Notes: generated by a model not told the origin, from the letters alone. Positions 10,130-19,745 are shown, counted from the first letter of the stretch. The stretch is DNA of 64,000 nucleotides from an uncultured virus (IMG/VR IMGVR_UViG_3300002138_000152) (IMGVR_UViG_3300002138_000152), one strand, 5' to 3'. Numbers and translations are program-made.

Positions 10130-10522
10130 ATGATTAATAGAGGGACATTAGGTAGTGAGAATCGGTATCCAGTTCTTAGCTATATTTATGATAATTACGA
10201 AAACTGCACACCAAGTATTCAGAAACGAATTTTGAAGTTTGGCAAACTTGTTAACACATCTATTTGTGATCTGAACAATGTATCAGATAAATCATTTCGG
10301 ATGCGTGTGATACAATTGTGTAAGAAAGAAGTGATTCAAATTGCACACGAATTATTTACATCTGATGAGAAAGAGATGTGTAATCGTTTATTAAATTTTA
10401 CACATGCACGATTTGCAAACATCATGCATGACACACGGGTATCACATACAATAGATATTAATAGATTCAAAGCTGAGCAACGCAGAATTTCATTAGAGCA
10501 AAATAAAAAAGAGAATATATAA
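10130..10522 (+). CDS. hypothetical protein
   Basis: ORF, start at first ATG after upstream stop. Confidence 0.55.
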   Translation: MINRGTLGSENRYPVLSYIYDNYENCTPSIQKRILKFGKLVNTSICDLNNVSDKSFRMRVIQLCKKEVIQIAHELFTSDEKEMCNRLLNFTHARFANIMHDTRVSHTIDINRFKAEQRRISLEQNKKENI

Positions 10523-10525
10523 CAT

Positions 10526-10873
10526 ATGTTATTAAAAGTACGTGTTAAAGATAAGAAAGTTAAACAGCTTCAAATTAATCTGAAGCGTCTTCTCTTACAT
10601 AATAATACCATTTATATTATTCATAGTTTTCGTTCTGAAACTGAAATCAAACAACGTAATTTTCTTGGTATCAAAAGTGAAATAAGTAAAACATACATTA
10701 GAGAAATTGATTTACGTATTTATAACCGTGCTAAAGATGAATACCAATCAATTGAGGATATTCCGATTATAATTGATTTCATACATGCAAACATTTTAGT
10801 GATGCGTTATAATTTCTTAAATTATATCAAATATCCATTAATGTGTCTTGGTGTTAATTTTTTGAAAGATTGA
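10526..10873 (+). CDS. hypothetical protein
   Basis: 115-aa ORF in operon. Confidence 0.55.
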   Translation: MLLKVRVKDKKVKQLQINLKRLLLHNNTIYIIHSFRSETEIKQRNFLGIKSEISKTYIREIDLRIYNRAKDEYQSIEDIPIIIDFIHANILVMRYNFLNYIKYPLMCLGVNFLKD

Positions 10874-10909
10874 TTTCTTTTTCTCGTTTTTTCTAGTTAT
10901 ATTTGTAAT

Positions 10910-11536
10910 ATGAAAAATTATATTATCTATTATTTGTATACACTAAAGTATACATTCACAATCCTTTTCAACTACCTCTTTGCAAAAGACGATTATCAAC
11001 AAAGCTTACACAGTGCAGAATGGTTTGCTTTTAAAGAACATTTTAAAGCACGTCAACGTTACGATAAAAAATATCCATATTATTATCATCTTTGTATGGT
11101 ATGTGATAATGTAAAGCGTTTTGGTAAAAATCTGAATCGTGAGGAATTTAGAATTGTCTACATCACAGCATTATTACACGATTTCATCGAGGATCTTACA
11201 TTTACATATAACGATATTAAAGATTTGTTTGGTATTGAAATAGCTGATGCTGTATTTGCATGTACTGAACTTCGTGGAAAGAATCGTAGAGAACGTCACG
11301 GCCCATTATATTACAAGGGTTTAGGTGAAAATCGACATGGTGGTTTTGTTAAATTATGTGATGTTCATGCAAATATGACAATGGGTAAACGAACTGGATC
11401 ACGTATGCTTGATATGTATCAAAAAGACTATCCATTCTTCAAGAAAAAACTTACAATGTATACTACAGAATTTAAAGATGTTTTTCAATCTATTGAATTT
11501 GAATTGATGCCAGCATCAACTCGTGGTACTTATTAA
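10910..11536 (+). CDS. HD-domain (p)ppGpp hydrolase-like protein (small alarmone hydrolase/Mesh1-like)
   Basis: QRY..PYYYHL, ALLHDFIED, FGIEIADAV, VKLCDVHAN. Confidence 0.75.
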   Translation: MKNYIIYYLYTLKYTFTILFNYLFAKDDYQQSLHSAEWFAFKEHFKARQRYDKKYPYYYHLCMVCDNVKRFGKNLNREEFRIVYITALLHDFIEDLTFTYNDIKDLFGIEIADAVFACTELRGKNRRERHGPLYYKGLGENRHGGFVKLCDVHANMTMGKRTGSRMLDMYQKDYPFFKKKLTMYTTEFKDVFQSIEFELMPASTRGTY

Positions 11537-11553
11537 CAATTAAACACAAATAT

Positions 11554-12417
11554 ATGACTAAAGCGATCCAAACAAAGATCAATGAACAAAAATTAGACGA
11601 TGCTAAAACATTTTTAACTCGTGTTTATCGTGCCACTCATGAAGGATATACAACAATTGGTTTATCTGATTTAAGTGCAAAATTTAGCCTTGATCGTACA
11701 TTTACATCAAGAGCAATGGTTAATCTAAAAATTCTTGATGTTCAAGGTAAACTTCGTAGTACAAAATACCTGTGGACTAGTAGTGATATGCCAAATTTAA
11801 AAATGGCTGGTGACTTAATCCGTGAAATTACACGTTTAAGTATCAATTATCAAAACAAAGTAAATGAAGACAAGAAAGCTAAACAACTTATTGCTGATCG
11901 TTTGATTGAAAAATCAAAAGAAAAACGTAATCAAGTTGTTGTGCAACCTAAAACTACACGTAGTTCTATTTATGATAAGTATATTGATGTTTGTACGGCT
12001 TTTATCAATAAATATAAAAAAACACCATTTGAAATATCAATGTCACAAGCTTTGATTGATTACAGTTTACCTCCATATTTTGGTGCAGTTTTAAATCAAA
12101 ATGCTTTCATTGAAAACAAAAAAATTGTATCAAGTGTGACAGTTGACAATTTTTTATATTTAGCTACTAAATACAATTCTAATTTAGCTACTAAACGTAC
12201 GTTGAAAACAACAGTAAATACAGATGAACCAAAAACAGAATTTGAAAAAGTTATTGAAAATACTTCTTCAATTGTAACTGGTGTATCTATTCAATCATTA
12301 ATTAATCGTCGTAATGAACTTTACGATACCATCAACAGTGCAACGACTGAGATTGAAAAAGTTGAAAAAGTTATTACAGCATACGAGGTTATTGAACAAT
12401 ACACAAAGAAAATCTAA
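11554..12417 (+). CDS. hypothetical protein, C-terminal coiled coil
   Basis: 287-aa ORF. Confidence 0.7.
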   Translation: MTKAIQTKINEQKLDDAKTFLTRVYRATHEGYTTIGLSDLSAKFSLDRTFTSRAMVNLKILDVQGKLRSTKYLWTSSDMPNLKMAGDLIREITRLSINYQNKVNEDKKAKQLIADRLIEKSKEKRNQVVVQPKTTRSSIYDKYIDVCTAFINKYKKTPFEISMSQALIDYSLPPYFGAVLNQNAFIENKKIVSSVTVDNFLYLATKYNSNLATKRTLKTTVNTDEPKTEFEKVIENTSSIVTGVSIQSLINRRNELYDTINSATTEIEKVEKVITAYEVIEQYTKKI

Positions 12418-13259
12418 TGTATATTGTTGGAATAACGGGATTAATGGGTTCTGGAAAATCTTTTATTTCTCAACATTTAGAAAGCATGGGTGACTGTGCT
12501 TTCTTCAATTCAGATAAGATTGCAAAAGATATTCACAAGAATGAAATGCGTGAATTATTGATTGAAAGACATGGACCACAGTATTTCAAAGAAGACGGTG
12601 AGATTGATGTAGAATACACTCGCCCACTTTACTTTTCTGGTTCCGATCTTGCAAAGGAGAATCTTGTATGGCACAAGGAAGTTATAAGTAAAATATTTGA
12701 TGCTCGTTTAATAAAATTTGCAAAAGAGACAGACAAATCATATGTGCTTCTTGAGTCTGCATTACTTTTTGAATACAATCTTATTACTTATTGTGATGAA
12801 GTAATCTATGTGGAGAATGAAGATGCCAAATTAAATGCAATAAATAGAGACGGAATATCTGAAGTTGAGTACAATAAACGAATGAGTACACAAATACCGC
12901 TTGAACAGAAGCAACGTGAGATTGATTACATCATCACTAATAGGACTTATGATGAACGTGTATTTGATTGTGTCGGTTGGGTAAATGAACAAATCGTTCG
13001 TCATGCAACAGTTGATCAAGCAAGTTTCAAGGTGAAGAAGTTCGCAAGAATGATGGTTCGTGAGCTGTATGCAAATGAACATAAAGGAGACTGGCAAAAT
13101 TTTACAGATACCAACAATATCTTCATGGAAATTGATTGGCATCAACAAAAATTGAATGGCGCATTGGATATGGAAGATGTATCATGTATTAAAGAATACG
13201 CTGCAGATTGCGCAAATAATTACATGTTCCTGCTTAATGCATTGGGACACTTAAACTAA
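12417..13259 (+). CDS. coaE: dephospho-CoA kinase with extra C-terminal MazG-like helical domain
   Basis: VGITGLMGSGKS, DKIAK, LESALLFE, CDEVIYV, RMSTQ; tail KGDW..EYAADCAN. Confidence 0.8.
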   Translation: MYIVGITGLMGSGKSFISQHLESMGDCAFFNSDKIAKDIHKNEMRELLIERHGPQYFKEDGEIDVEYTRPLYFSGSDLAKENLVWHKEVISKIFDARLIKFAKETDKSYVLLESALLFEYNLITYCDEVIYVENEDAKLNAINRDGISEVEYNKRMSTQIPLEQKQREIDYIITNRTYDERVFDCVGWVNEQIVRHATVDQASFKVKKFARMMVRELYANEHKGDWQNFTDTNNIFMEIDWHQQKLNGALDMEDVSCIKEYAADCANNYMFLLNALGHLN

Positions 13260-13266
13260 TAAAATC

Positions 13267-13599
13267 ATGAAGAAAATAATTTTTGGTTTCATACTAGTGC
13301 TTGTTTTTTCATCCTGTAGTGATGGACCATTTACTGGTTATGTTGTAGGTAAGGAACATACAAGAGAACATATGAGCAATGAAAATGTGCAAACAGAATC
13401 TGTTTGCTCTATAACTGCTCCTACACCAACATTAACTTATGCATATATTCCAGTGCATGTTGCGTCGCACCCTAAATCACATAAAGTGAATGAATCATAT
13501 GTACTATATGTTGCAAACAAACATACACTTCGACAGTTTAATGTTTCACAAAAAATATTCAATCAATATCATTGTGGTGATCAAATTACACTCAAATAA
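13267..13599 (+). CDS. putative lipoprotein
   Basis: signal peptide ending FSSC. Confidence 0.6.
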   Translation: MKKIIFGFILVLVFSSCSDGPFTGYVVGKEHTREHMSNENVQTESVCSITAPTPTLTYAYIPVHVASHPKSHKVNESYVLYVANKHTLRQFNVSQKIFNQYHCGDQITLK

Positions 13600-13604
13600 A
13601 TAAA

Positions 13605-14576
13605 ATGAAACAACATTTAATTAACAAAGAAGTAGCTGAAGATAGTGATGGATATTCTATCTATGCTAACCCAAACAAAGAGTTGAAACAAGAGATCATT
13701 GATTTTGTTGCGAACTATGCACCAACTGAAGTGACTATTGGTTGGCCACCAAAAAAGTGGGAAATCATTGAAAAAGATGGTGCAGATTATAAACTTCAAA
13801 GTGGACGTGATACAAAATATGTATCAGTAATTGAGGTTGAGGAAGCTAAAGCTGATGGATTAAAAGCAGCTGTGAATGAAACATTTATCACAGGAAAATA
13901 TTTTCATGAATGCTTCGGCACTTTGTATTATTATAAAGAATGCGATACGTCTCCATCATTACACATCATAAATATTACTGATGTTGTTGATATCACTGAT
14001 ACAACAAAATTTCCTAATTCAATGATGGCTGGTACTAAATTTACAAATAATGATCTCAATTGTTATCAATCAGATGTCGAGTATAAAATGGAAACATACA
14101 ATGAAATAACTATGAAAGTTAGACCTGGTGTATGTGGAATGTTTTTTTCTTTCACTAATGATGGTGATTTTCGTAATCGTAATTACAATAAAAATCTTAA
14201 TTATTTTAACAACACTGTAATTGATCCACAAATCATGCTTGAAAATTTTAAAAACATGATTCGTACAAGTATTGGTAATAAGTTAGTTGTTAAAGGACTC
14301 AAAGGAAATAATTACTTTACCGACAACATGCTTTACATTCCATATTTTGTTGATGATCGTGGTGATTATAAATTTGGTGTTGAAATAATTAAAAGTCGTG
14401 CCGATGGAATTTCCTATCAGGAGTGTTCTGGTTATACTATTTATAAAAAACCATCAAAAACTGTAGATGTAACCGTAGATGAACTTATTAATCATATTTT
14501 GAGTTTAATTCCAGTTGAAGTAATGAATTTTTTTAATTTGGAATTTGTACTTAATTATAAATACGACTTCAATTAA
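13605..14576 (+). CDS. hypothetical protein
   Basis: 323-aa ORF. Confidence 0.7.
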   Translation: MKQHLINKEVAEDSDGYSIYANPNKELKQEIIDFVANYAPTEVTIGWPPKKWEIIEKDGADYKLQSGRDTKYVSVIEVEEAKADGLKAAVNETFITGKYFHECFGTLYYYKECDTSPSLHIINITDVVDITDTTKFPNSMMAGTKFTNNDLNCYQSDVEYKMETYNEITMKVRPGVCGMFFSFTNDGDFRNRNYNKNLNYFNNTVIDPQIMLENFKNMIRTSIGNKLVVKGLKGNNYFTDNMLYIPYFVDDRGDYKFGVEIIKSRADGISYQECSGYTIYKKPSKTVDVTVDELINHILSLIPVEVMNFFNLEFVLNYKYDFN

Positions 14577-14677
14577 TTATACATATTAAAAATAAATTGA
14601 GAACCTGGTACATTGTATCAGGTTTTTTCTTATATTTGTATCACTAACGTTTATTGTTCAATTAATAAAAAGATATT

Positions 14678-15211
14678 ATGTCAACTTGGGTAACAGAAAA
14701 TTGGGAGACTATGTGTCCAAAAGCAGATAATGAAATTGCTGCTATTATTAGTGAATTGTCGAATAAACAAATTACAATATTTGATGCATTTTTAGCTCTT
14801 GATAGAGTGCCATATGAATTTCCTGATGCCGACATTGCCAAAGAGACCATCAACAAATTCATGAACTATGCCGAAGAAGTGACTGATATTTCAGCGGAAG
14901 AAATTGAAATAATTTATCATATTGTTCAATGGGTTACATATGGTGCATCAGTGTCTTCATTAACATTTAATATGGAAACATTACAACCAGGACGTTCAGA
15001 ATTTGTATCATTCTTTGTTGCAAAATTATTGAAAGCTTTCGGATACAATACACTTTGTGCTAATTACTACATGAGTTCTGGAAAATTCTTTGATTTTGAA
15101 CGACCAGCAAATCACAATGCAGAGATGGGTAAAATTAAATACTCTGCACCAAATCCAATCGAAGCTAGAGCTTTTCTTGAAAGCAAAGGTGTAACATTTA
15201 CAGAAGATTAA
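14678..15211 (+). CDS. hypothetical protein
   Basis: 177-aa ORF after hairpin and TATATTTG (14631). Confidence 0.65.
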   Translation: MSTWVTENWETMCPKADNEIAAIISELSNKQITIFDAFLALDRVPYEFPDADIAKETINKFMNYAEEVTDISAEEIEIIYHIVQWVTYGASVSSLTFNMETLQPGRSEFVSFFVAKLLKAFGYNTLCANYYMSSGKFFDFERPANHNAEMGKIKYSAPNPIEARAFLESKGVTFTED

Positions 15212-15236
15212 TTATGAATCAAAAAACAAAGTTTCA

Positions 15237-15548
15237 TTGATTGGTTATATTACAGCTATCAATACAAAAACCGTAACAGTGCAAGTTGGTGAGCGTGAAT
15301 TTACAATGGCACCAAAATATGTTTATCCAAAACTATCTTTTCATAAGACGGATATTGAAATTCCTGAAGAATTGAAAAATGTATCTACTAAACGACTATT
15401 ACAAATGCGTGATAGTTCTTTTAGTGGTTGGAGTCCAACTCACATGGGTACAGAATTTACCATGGATCAAGTGTATGCTGAATTAGCAAATCGACCACAT
15501 GTTCCCAACAAGAAAGAAAAGAAATTTTTTGGAAGTTTTAAAAAATAA
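15237..15548 (+). CDS. hypothetical protein
   Basis: ORF ending AELANRPHVPNKKE; start uncertain. Confidence 0.55.
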   Translation: MIGYITAINTKTVTVQVGEREFTMAPKYVYPKLSFHKTDIEIPEELKNVSTKRLLQMRDSSFSGWSPTHMGTEFTMDQVYAELANRPHVPNKKEKKFFGSFKK

Positions 15549-15550
15549 AA

Positions 15551-15763
15551 ATGAAGTACTGGAAAAGGTTTTTTAAGCGTTTATTTTGTGTTCATGATTA
15601 TGAAATGACACACGAATTTGAAATTCCATCAAAAGCTGATATGATTTCTAGTTTGGGTCTCAAACCAAATACACATACATCATTCAAACGCAAGTACATA
15701 ACTGATATGAAGTGTACTAATTGTAAAAAACATAAACGTTTAACCGAATACACATCATTATGA
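15551..15763 (+). CDS. small Cys/His protein
   Basis: LFCVHDY..CTNCKK. Confidence 0.55.
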   Translation: MKYWKRFFKRLFCVHDYEMTHEFEIPSKADMISSLGLKPNTHTSFKRKYITDMKCTNCKKHKRLTEYTSL

Positions 15764-16560
15764 ATATTCATTTTACTGATAAAGAACTCTTTGAAAAACT
15801 GAAAGCGGCTTCGATCGTTCGTGTATTGGTTGGTTCTCATATGTATGGAACAAACAATGCTGATTCAGATATTGATTATTTGTATATCTATGCTACTTCT
15901 GATAACGAGCTTAATTCGTTCATCCAGACGCATCATCAGCTTCAATATAAAGAAGAAGGTATCGATCATAATTTCGTATCATTACACACGTTCTTAAAGA
16001 ACACAATCAATGGTGATTCACCAATGAATTTTGAAGTGATTCATTCTGGAAGCTTTCAAGGAACTATGCTTGAGTTTTTGTATGACAATCGTAACAGATT
16101 CAATACGTACACTGTCTTAAAAGCATATTTAGGAATGGCTCGTCGTGATGCAAAATTTTATCACAAAGAATCCACAACTAAAGGTAAAGCCAAAAAGCTT
16201 GGTCATGTACAAAGAGCTGATATTTATTGTCATACACTATTAAATCATAATTTTGATTTTACAACATGTAACATTATTCTCAAAGATGTTATTAAAAATA
16301 ATTTGACTTTAGTAGAAAACAATTTTGCGATTCGTTCAGCTGATGAAAATATTTCTCGATTGAGAAATTTAATGAATGATCACCTTAATGCTGGCACACT
16401 TGGTATGGCTCAGAAAATGAATATCATAGATTCAAAAATCTTGACATGTGCATTACAAGAGCTGATGATGAATAATACATATTTATCACATAAAGCAGTA
16501 TTAGAAAACTTTGACATCGGAATGTTCTTGAATGCATTTGAAAATTGGGTTGAATACTAA
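15760..16560 (+). CDS. Pol-beta-family nucleotidyltransferase
   Basis: VGSHMYGTNNADSDIDY. Confidence 0.85.
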   Translation: MNIHFTDKELFEKLKAASIVRVLVGSHMYGTNNADSDIDYLYIYATSDNELNSFIQTHHQLQYKEEGIDHNFVSLHTFLKNTINGDSPMNFEVIHSGSFQGTMLEFLYDNRNRFNTYTVLKAYLGMARRDAKFYHKESTTKGKAKKLGHVQRADIYCHTLLNHNFDFTTCNIILKDVIKNNLTLVENNFAIRSADENISRLRNLMNDHLNAGTLGMAQKMNIIDSKILTCALQELMMNNTYLSHKAVLENFDIGMFLNAFENWVEY

Positions 16561-16571
16561 AATTATTATAC

Positions 16572-17003
16572 ATGTTTGATAAAAATATACGAGTTAACAA
16601 CTCATCGCAACATTTTAATAATCAAGAACTAACTGTTAATAATAATCAAGAAGCTGTAGGTAATATATCTAAAAGCTCCAATCAATCTCGATTTATCATT
16701 ATTAATCAAAACAGTAAATCTTTTGCGTCGTTAAATTCACGTTCACCATACTATATAGAAACCATTACAACTTCATCATTATTTAATGATGCACCACATC
16801 ATCGACGTGATATGACATTTATAAGTAAAAAATATGTAATAGTCACCAATCATGTAAATGTTGATGTTCTTAATATTTTAATTGTTGGTAAACTCATTAC
16901 ATTTGAAGTTGTTGAAAAAGATGTTATTGCAGTTGATAACGATTCAATATATCCATCTAATTCATCATATAAATTTATAAGTGAAGGATCCTCTATTATT
17001 TAA
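16572..17003 (+). CDS. hypothetical protein
   Basis: 143-aa ORF. Confidence 0.5.
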   Translation: MFDKNIRVNNSSQHFNNQELTVNNNQEAVGNISKSSNQSRFIIINQNSKSFASLNSRSPYYIETITTSSLFNDAPHHRRDMTFISKKYVIVTNHVNVDVLNILIVGKLITFEVVEKDVIAVDNDSIYPSNSSYKFISEGSSII

Positions 17004-17052
17004 TTTCTATATGTCAATTTGAATTCGCATATTTGCTTAAAACATATTATAC

Positions 17053-17337
17053 ATGTCAGAATTTAAAACACGAGATGAACTAGCAATCAGCATGCCGATG
17101 GATGCATTACCTGAATTAAAAACTGCCCAAAGCATAGAAATAGCTGCAAAAATTGTTGGTATTGATATTGAAAATTTCAATGAAGATAATGAAGAAGAAG
17201 GTCTTATCATGATGTCAAATTTATCACATCGTTGGCAAGCATATAATCGTTATCTCTATGCTGATGCAATGATTGCAATGCGTGAGGAAACACTTAACAA
17301 TCAATCAGATACAACTGATCGAGAAGGAAAAGCTTAA
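17053..17337 (+). CDS. hypothetical protein
   Basis: RDELA..YLYADAMIAMR phage motif. Confidence 0.6.
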   Translation: MSEFKTRDELAISMPMDALPELKTAQSIEIAAKIVGIDIENFNEDNEEEGLIMMSNLSHRWQAYNRYLYADAMIAMREETLNNQSDTTDREGKA

Positions 17338-17343
17338 TTTTAA

Positions 17344-17379
17344 GGTCCTGTAGCTCAGCTGGTTAGAGCATTCGACTCA
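17344..17379 (+). pseudogene. 5' half of a probable CAT-anticodon (Ile2/Met-like) tRNA truncated in the anticodon loop
   Basis: GGTCCTG-TA-GCTCAGCTGGTTAGAGC-A-TTCGA-CTCA then unrelated sequence; no matching 3' half. Confidence 0.75.
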
Positions 17380-17432
17380 CTTTAACTGAAAATACAAAGG
17401 TTCGAATTAGATATATAAGAATAAAATCTTGT

Positions 17433-18116
17433 ATGTCAAATTTAAAAACTTGTGAAAATTGTGAATGTAGTCACAACGGTGATTATGGAAGTGGTAGATT
17501 TTGTTCAAGCAAATGTGCTAGAGGATTTTCGACCAAAGATAAACGTTCTTTGATAAATGAAAAAGTAAGTAAAACATTAACAGGTACAGGAAACTTACCG
17601 ATTCATAAAATTTGTTTATATTGTAATAATGAATTTATTGTTCAATATAAAAAACGTGACCAGCAATGTTGCTCTAAAGTTTGTGGTTGTAAATTTTATG
17701 CAACAACAGATCTTGGAATTGCACATTATAAAAAAATGGGTATTTTAAGTGCACAATCACAAAATAAGCGTAGTAAAAATGAAATATATTTTCATGATTT
17801 ATGTAAATTGTATTTTAAATATGTTGAAGCAAATATGCCGATATTTAATGGCTGGGATGCTGATGTAATTATTCATGATATAAAAGTTGCTGTTCTTTGG
17901 AACGGTAAATGGCATTATGAGAAAATCACTGAAAAGCATTCTGTAAAACAGGTACAAAATCGCGATAGAATAAAACAGAAAGAAATTATAAATGCTGGAT
18001 ATACACCATATGTTATAAAAGATATGGGAAAATATGATCCAGAATTTGTTGAATTAGAATTTCAAAAATTCATTGGCCCGTTATCGGCTCGCACTCATAA
18101 TGCGTTGAAACCGTAG
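17433..18116 (+). CDS. putative homing endonuclease, Zn-finger N-terminus plus Vsr/EDxHD-like nuclease
   Basis: CENC, FCSSKC, CLYC, CCSKVC; SKNE, WDADV, WNGKWHY, RDRIK. Confidence 0.7.
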   Translation: MSNLKTCENCECSHNGDYGSGRFCSSKCARGFSTKDKRSLINEKVSKTLTGTGNLPIHKICLYCNNEFIVQYKKRDQQCCSKVCGCKFYATTDLGIAHYKKMGILSAQSQNKRSKNEIYFHDLCKLYFKYVEANMPIFNGWDADVIIHDIKVAVLWNGKWHYEKITEKHSVKQVQNRDRIKQKEIINAGYTPYVIKDMGKYDPEFVELEFQKFIGPLSARTHNALKP

Positions 18117-18151
18117 TTGGTGACACGGGGGTTCAAGTCCCTCACGGGCCA
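18075..18151 (+). tRNA. atypical D-armless tRNA-like RNA, anticodon CAT (Ile2/Met-like)
   Basis: perfect GGCCCGT/ACGGGCC acceptor, CGCA-CTCATAA-TGCG, GGGGG-TTCAAGT-CCCTC; no D-arm. Confidence 0.7.
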
Positions 18152-18173
18152 CTTAAAAGTTAAATAAACATCT

Positions 18174-18458
18174 ATGGAAAATGAAATTTTAGAAGTGGAA
18201 ATAGAGCTGGGTGATGGGTCTGTACAAAAATTATCGATTACTGAAGTAGAGTCTGATGATTGGGAAGAAATTGAAAAGGGTAAAAGAGGATTATTAACTC
18301 TTATAAACGGCCAACAAATGTTGATTGAAATTAATTCAGCCGATTACGAGGGCATCTCTTTTAAAACAATCGGAGGAACGCAATCATATTTTTACAACGA
18401 AGAAGTAATTGACAGCTTATTTATAGAAGTAAGTCAATCACTTTCAAATACAAATTAA
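18174..18458 (+). CDS. hypothetical acidic protein
   Basis: 94-aa ORF. Confidence 0.6.
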   Translation: MENEILEVEIELGDGSVQKLSITEVESDDWEEIEKGKRGLLTLINGQQMLIEINSADYEGISFKTIGGTQSYFYNEEVIDSLFIEVSQSLSNTN

Positions 18459-18471
18459 AATTTACTATAAT

Positions 18472-18710
18472 AAACACAGGAAGTGACTACTACGCCTCGC
18501 GAGCGTGTTAGCATGAAAACATTAGCATTGAGCTAGTAGGTTGAGAAATTAACTTCTCAGATCATCTAATCCAGAAATGGAGACAGGGTTGATGATGAAC
18601 GTGTACAGTTCATGGACTTGGTGAAAAACTATGACTATTCAGTTAGGATGTAAGTAATGTGGTGCAAAGTAGTTAATGGTAAATTGACACACATTCAGCT
18701 TCCTGTGTTT
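18472..18710 (+). ncRNA. putative structured ncRNA of about 240 nt
   Basis: 12-bp terminal helix AAACACAGGAAG/CTTCCTGTGTTT plus several internal hairpins; no long ORF; strand inferred from context. Confidence 0.6.
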
Positions 18711-18740
18711 TTATTTTATTATTAACACAAAACTATTAAA

Positions 18741-19031
18741 ATGTCTAAAATAGAACAAAAATATAGATTCAAACCAACCGAAATGAATTTACGTTGGAAA
18801 GAAGGTCTTGCATTATATAATTTCAAAAATAATACAAATCATACATATGATCAGTTTTTGAATGAGCTTGTTGATGAAGATTTCAATTCAGCGTTTGATA
18901 AATGTGTTGATGAAATTCATGCTTTTGATAATCTTTTAATAGAAGATTATCAAAAAGCAATGAAATTGAAAGATTCTAAATATGCATGTCTTGATTCATA
19001 TCTAGAACTTGTTGAAGATAAATACAATTAA
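18741..19031 (+). CDS. hypothetical protein, paralog of 19264-19743
   Basis: shared KYACLDSYLELVEDKYN end. Confidence 0.65.
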   Translation: MSKIEQKYRFKPTEMNLRWKEGLALYNFKNNTNHTYDQFLNELVDEDFNSAFDKCVDEIHAFDNLLIEDYQKAMKLKDSKYACLDSYLELVEDKYN

Positions 19032-19033
19032 TT

Positions 19034-19261
19034 ATGGGAAAAAATACAACATGTGGCAATAAAGTCTACAATGAGGTGCGTTCAAATGGCGGATCTAAAG
19101 AAGATGCTCGTGTAGCATCACAAACAGCAACTGATAATTATCACGCTAAGGTACAAAGTGATCAAATGAGAAGCGCTGGAAATTACAGTGATGACAAACA
19201 TGATTTTGATTCTTCTTTCAATGGTAATGGAACAAACTGGCACACATCAGACGACCTTTAA
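19034..19261 (+). CDS. hypothetical protein
   Basis: 75-aa ORF in operon. Confidence 0.55.
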   Translation: MGKNTTCGNKVYNEVRSNGGSKEDARVASQTATDNYHAKVQSDQMRSAGNYSDDKHDFDSSFNGNGTNWHTSDDL

Positions 19262-19263
19262 TT

Positions 19264-19743
19264 ATGAGTGATGAGATAGAAAGTATGGTGCTATCTTTAG
19301 GATTTGCTTCAAAACAAGAATTTGATCAACTCATTACCAATGTTGATCTGTCTACTAATGCACGTAAAAAAGCATTTAAGAATTGGCAATATTATGATTG
19401 TACAAAAGATGGTTTATTAAAACTTTCTGAAGCTGAATATCCAGAGCCTATACTGAAATATCGAATGAAAACTAAGTATAAAACTCTTCTTTGGACACAA
19501 GCATATGAATTGTATAATTATAGAAATAATACGAATTATACATTTGATGATTTTTTTGATAAAATAGTGGCTGATGAGACATTTTGTACAGAATTTGATG
19601 ATTTAACTGAAGAAGTAAGCAATTATGCAATGCTTTTACGATCAAATTCGGAAGAAAATTATAAAAAAGCTTTAGAAATGAAAAAGACTAAATACGCATG
19701 TCTTGATTCATATTTAGAACTTGTTGAAGATAAATACAATTAA
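19264..19743 (+). CDS. hypothetical protein, paralog of 18741-19031
   Basis: shared domain and C-terminus. Confidence 0.65.
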   Translation: MSDEIESMVLSLGFASKQEFDQLITNVDLSTNARKKAFKNWQYYDCTKDGLLKLSEAEYPEPILKYRMKTKYKTLLWTQAYELYNYRNNTNYTFDDFFDKIVADETFCTEFDDLTEEVSNYAMLLRSNSEENYKKALEMKKTKYACLDSYLELVEDKYN

Positions 19744-19745
19744 TT

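Noticed and set aside
17344..18151. Group I intron-containing tRNA
   Set aside because: No intron core is visible and the flanking halves have incompatible anticodon stems; the downstream element has its own acceptor 5' strand
18472..18710. RNase P RNA or hammerhead ribozyme
   Set aside because: GGAAAGUCC and CUGAUGA/GAAA cores are not present in the required arrangement
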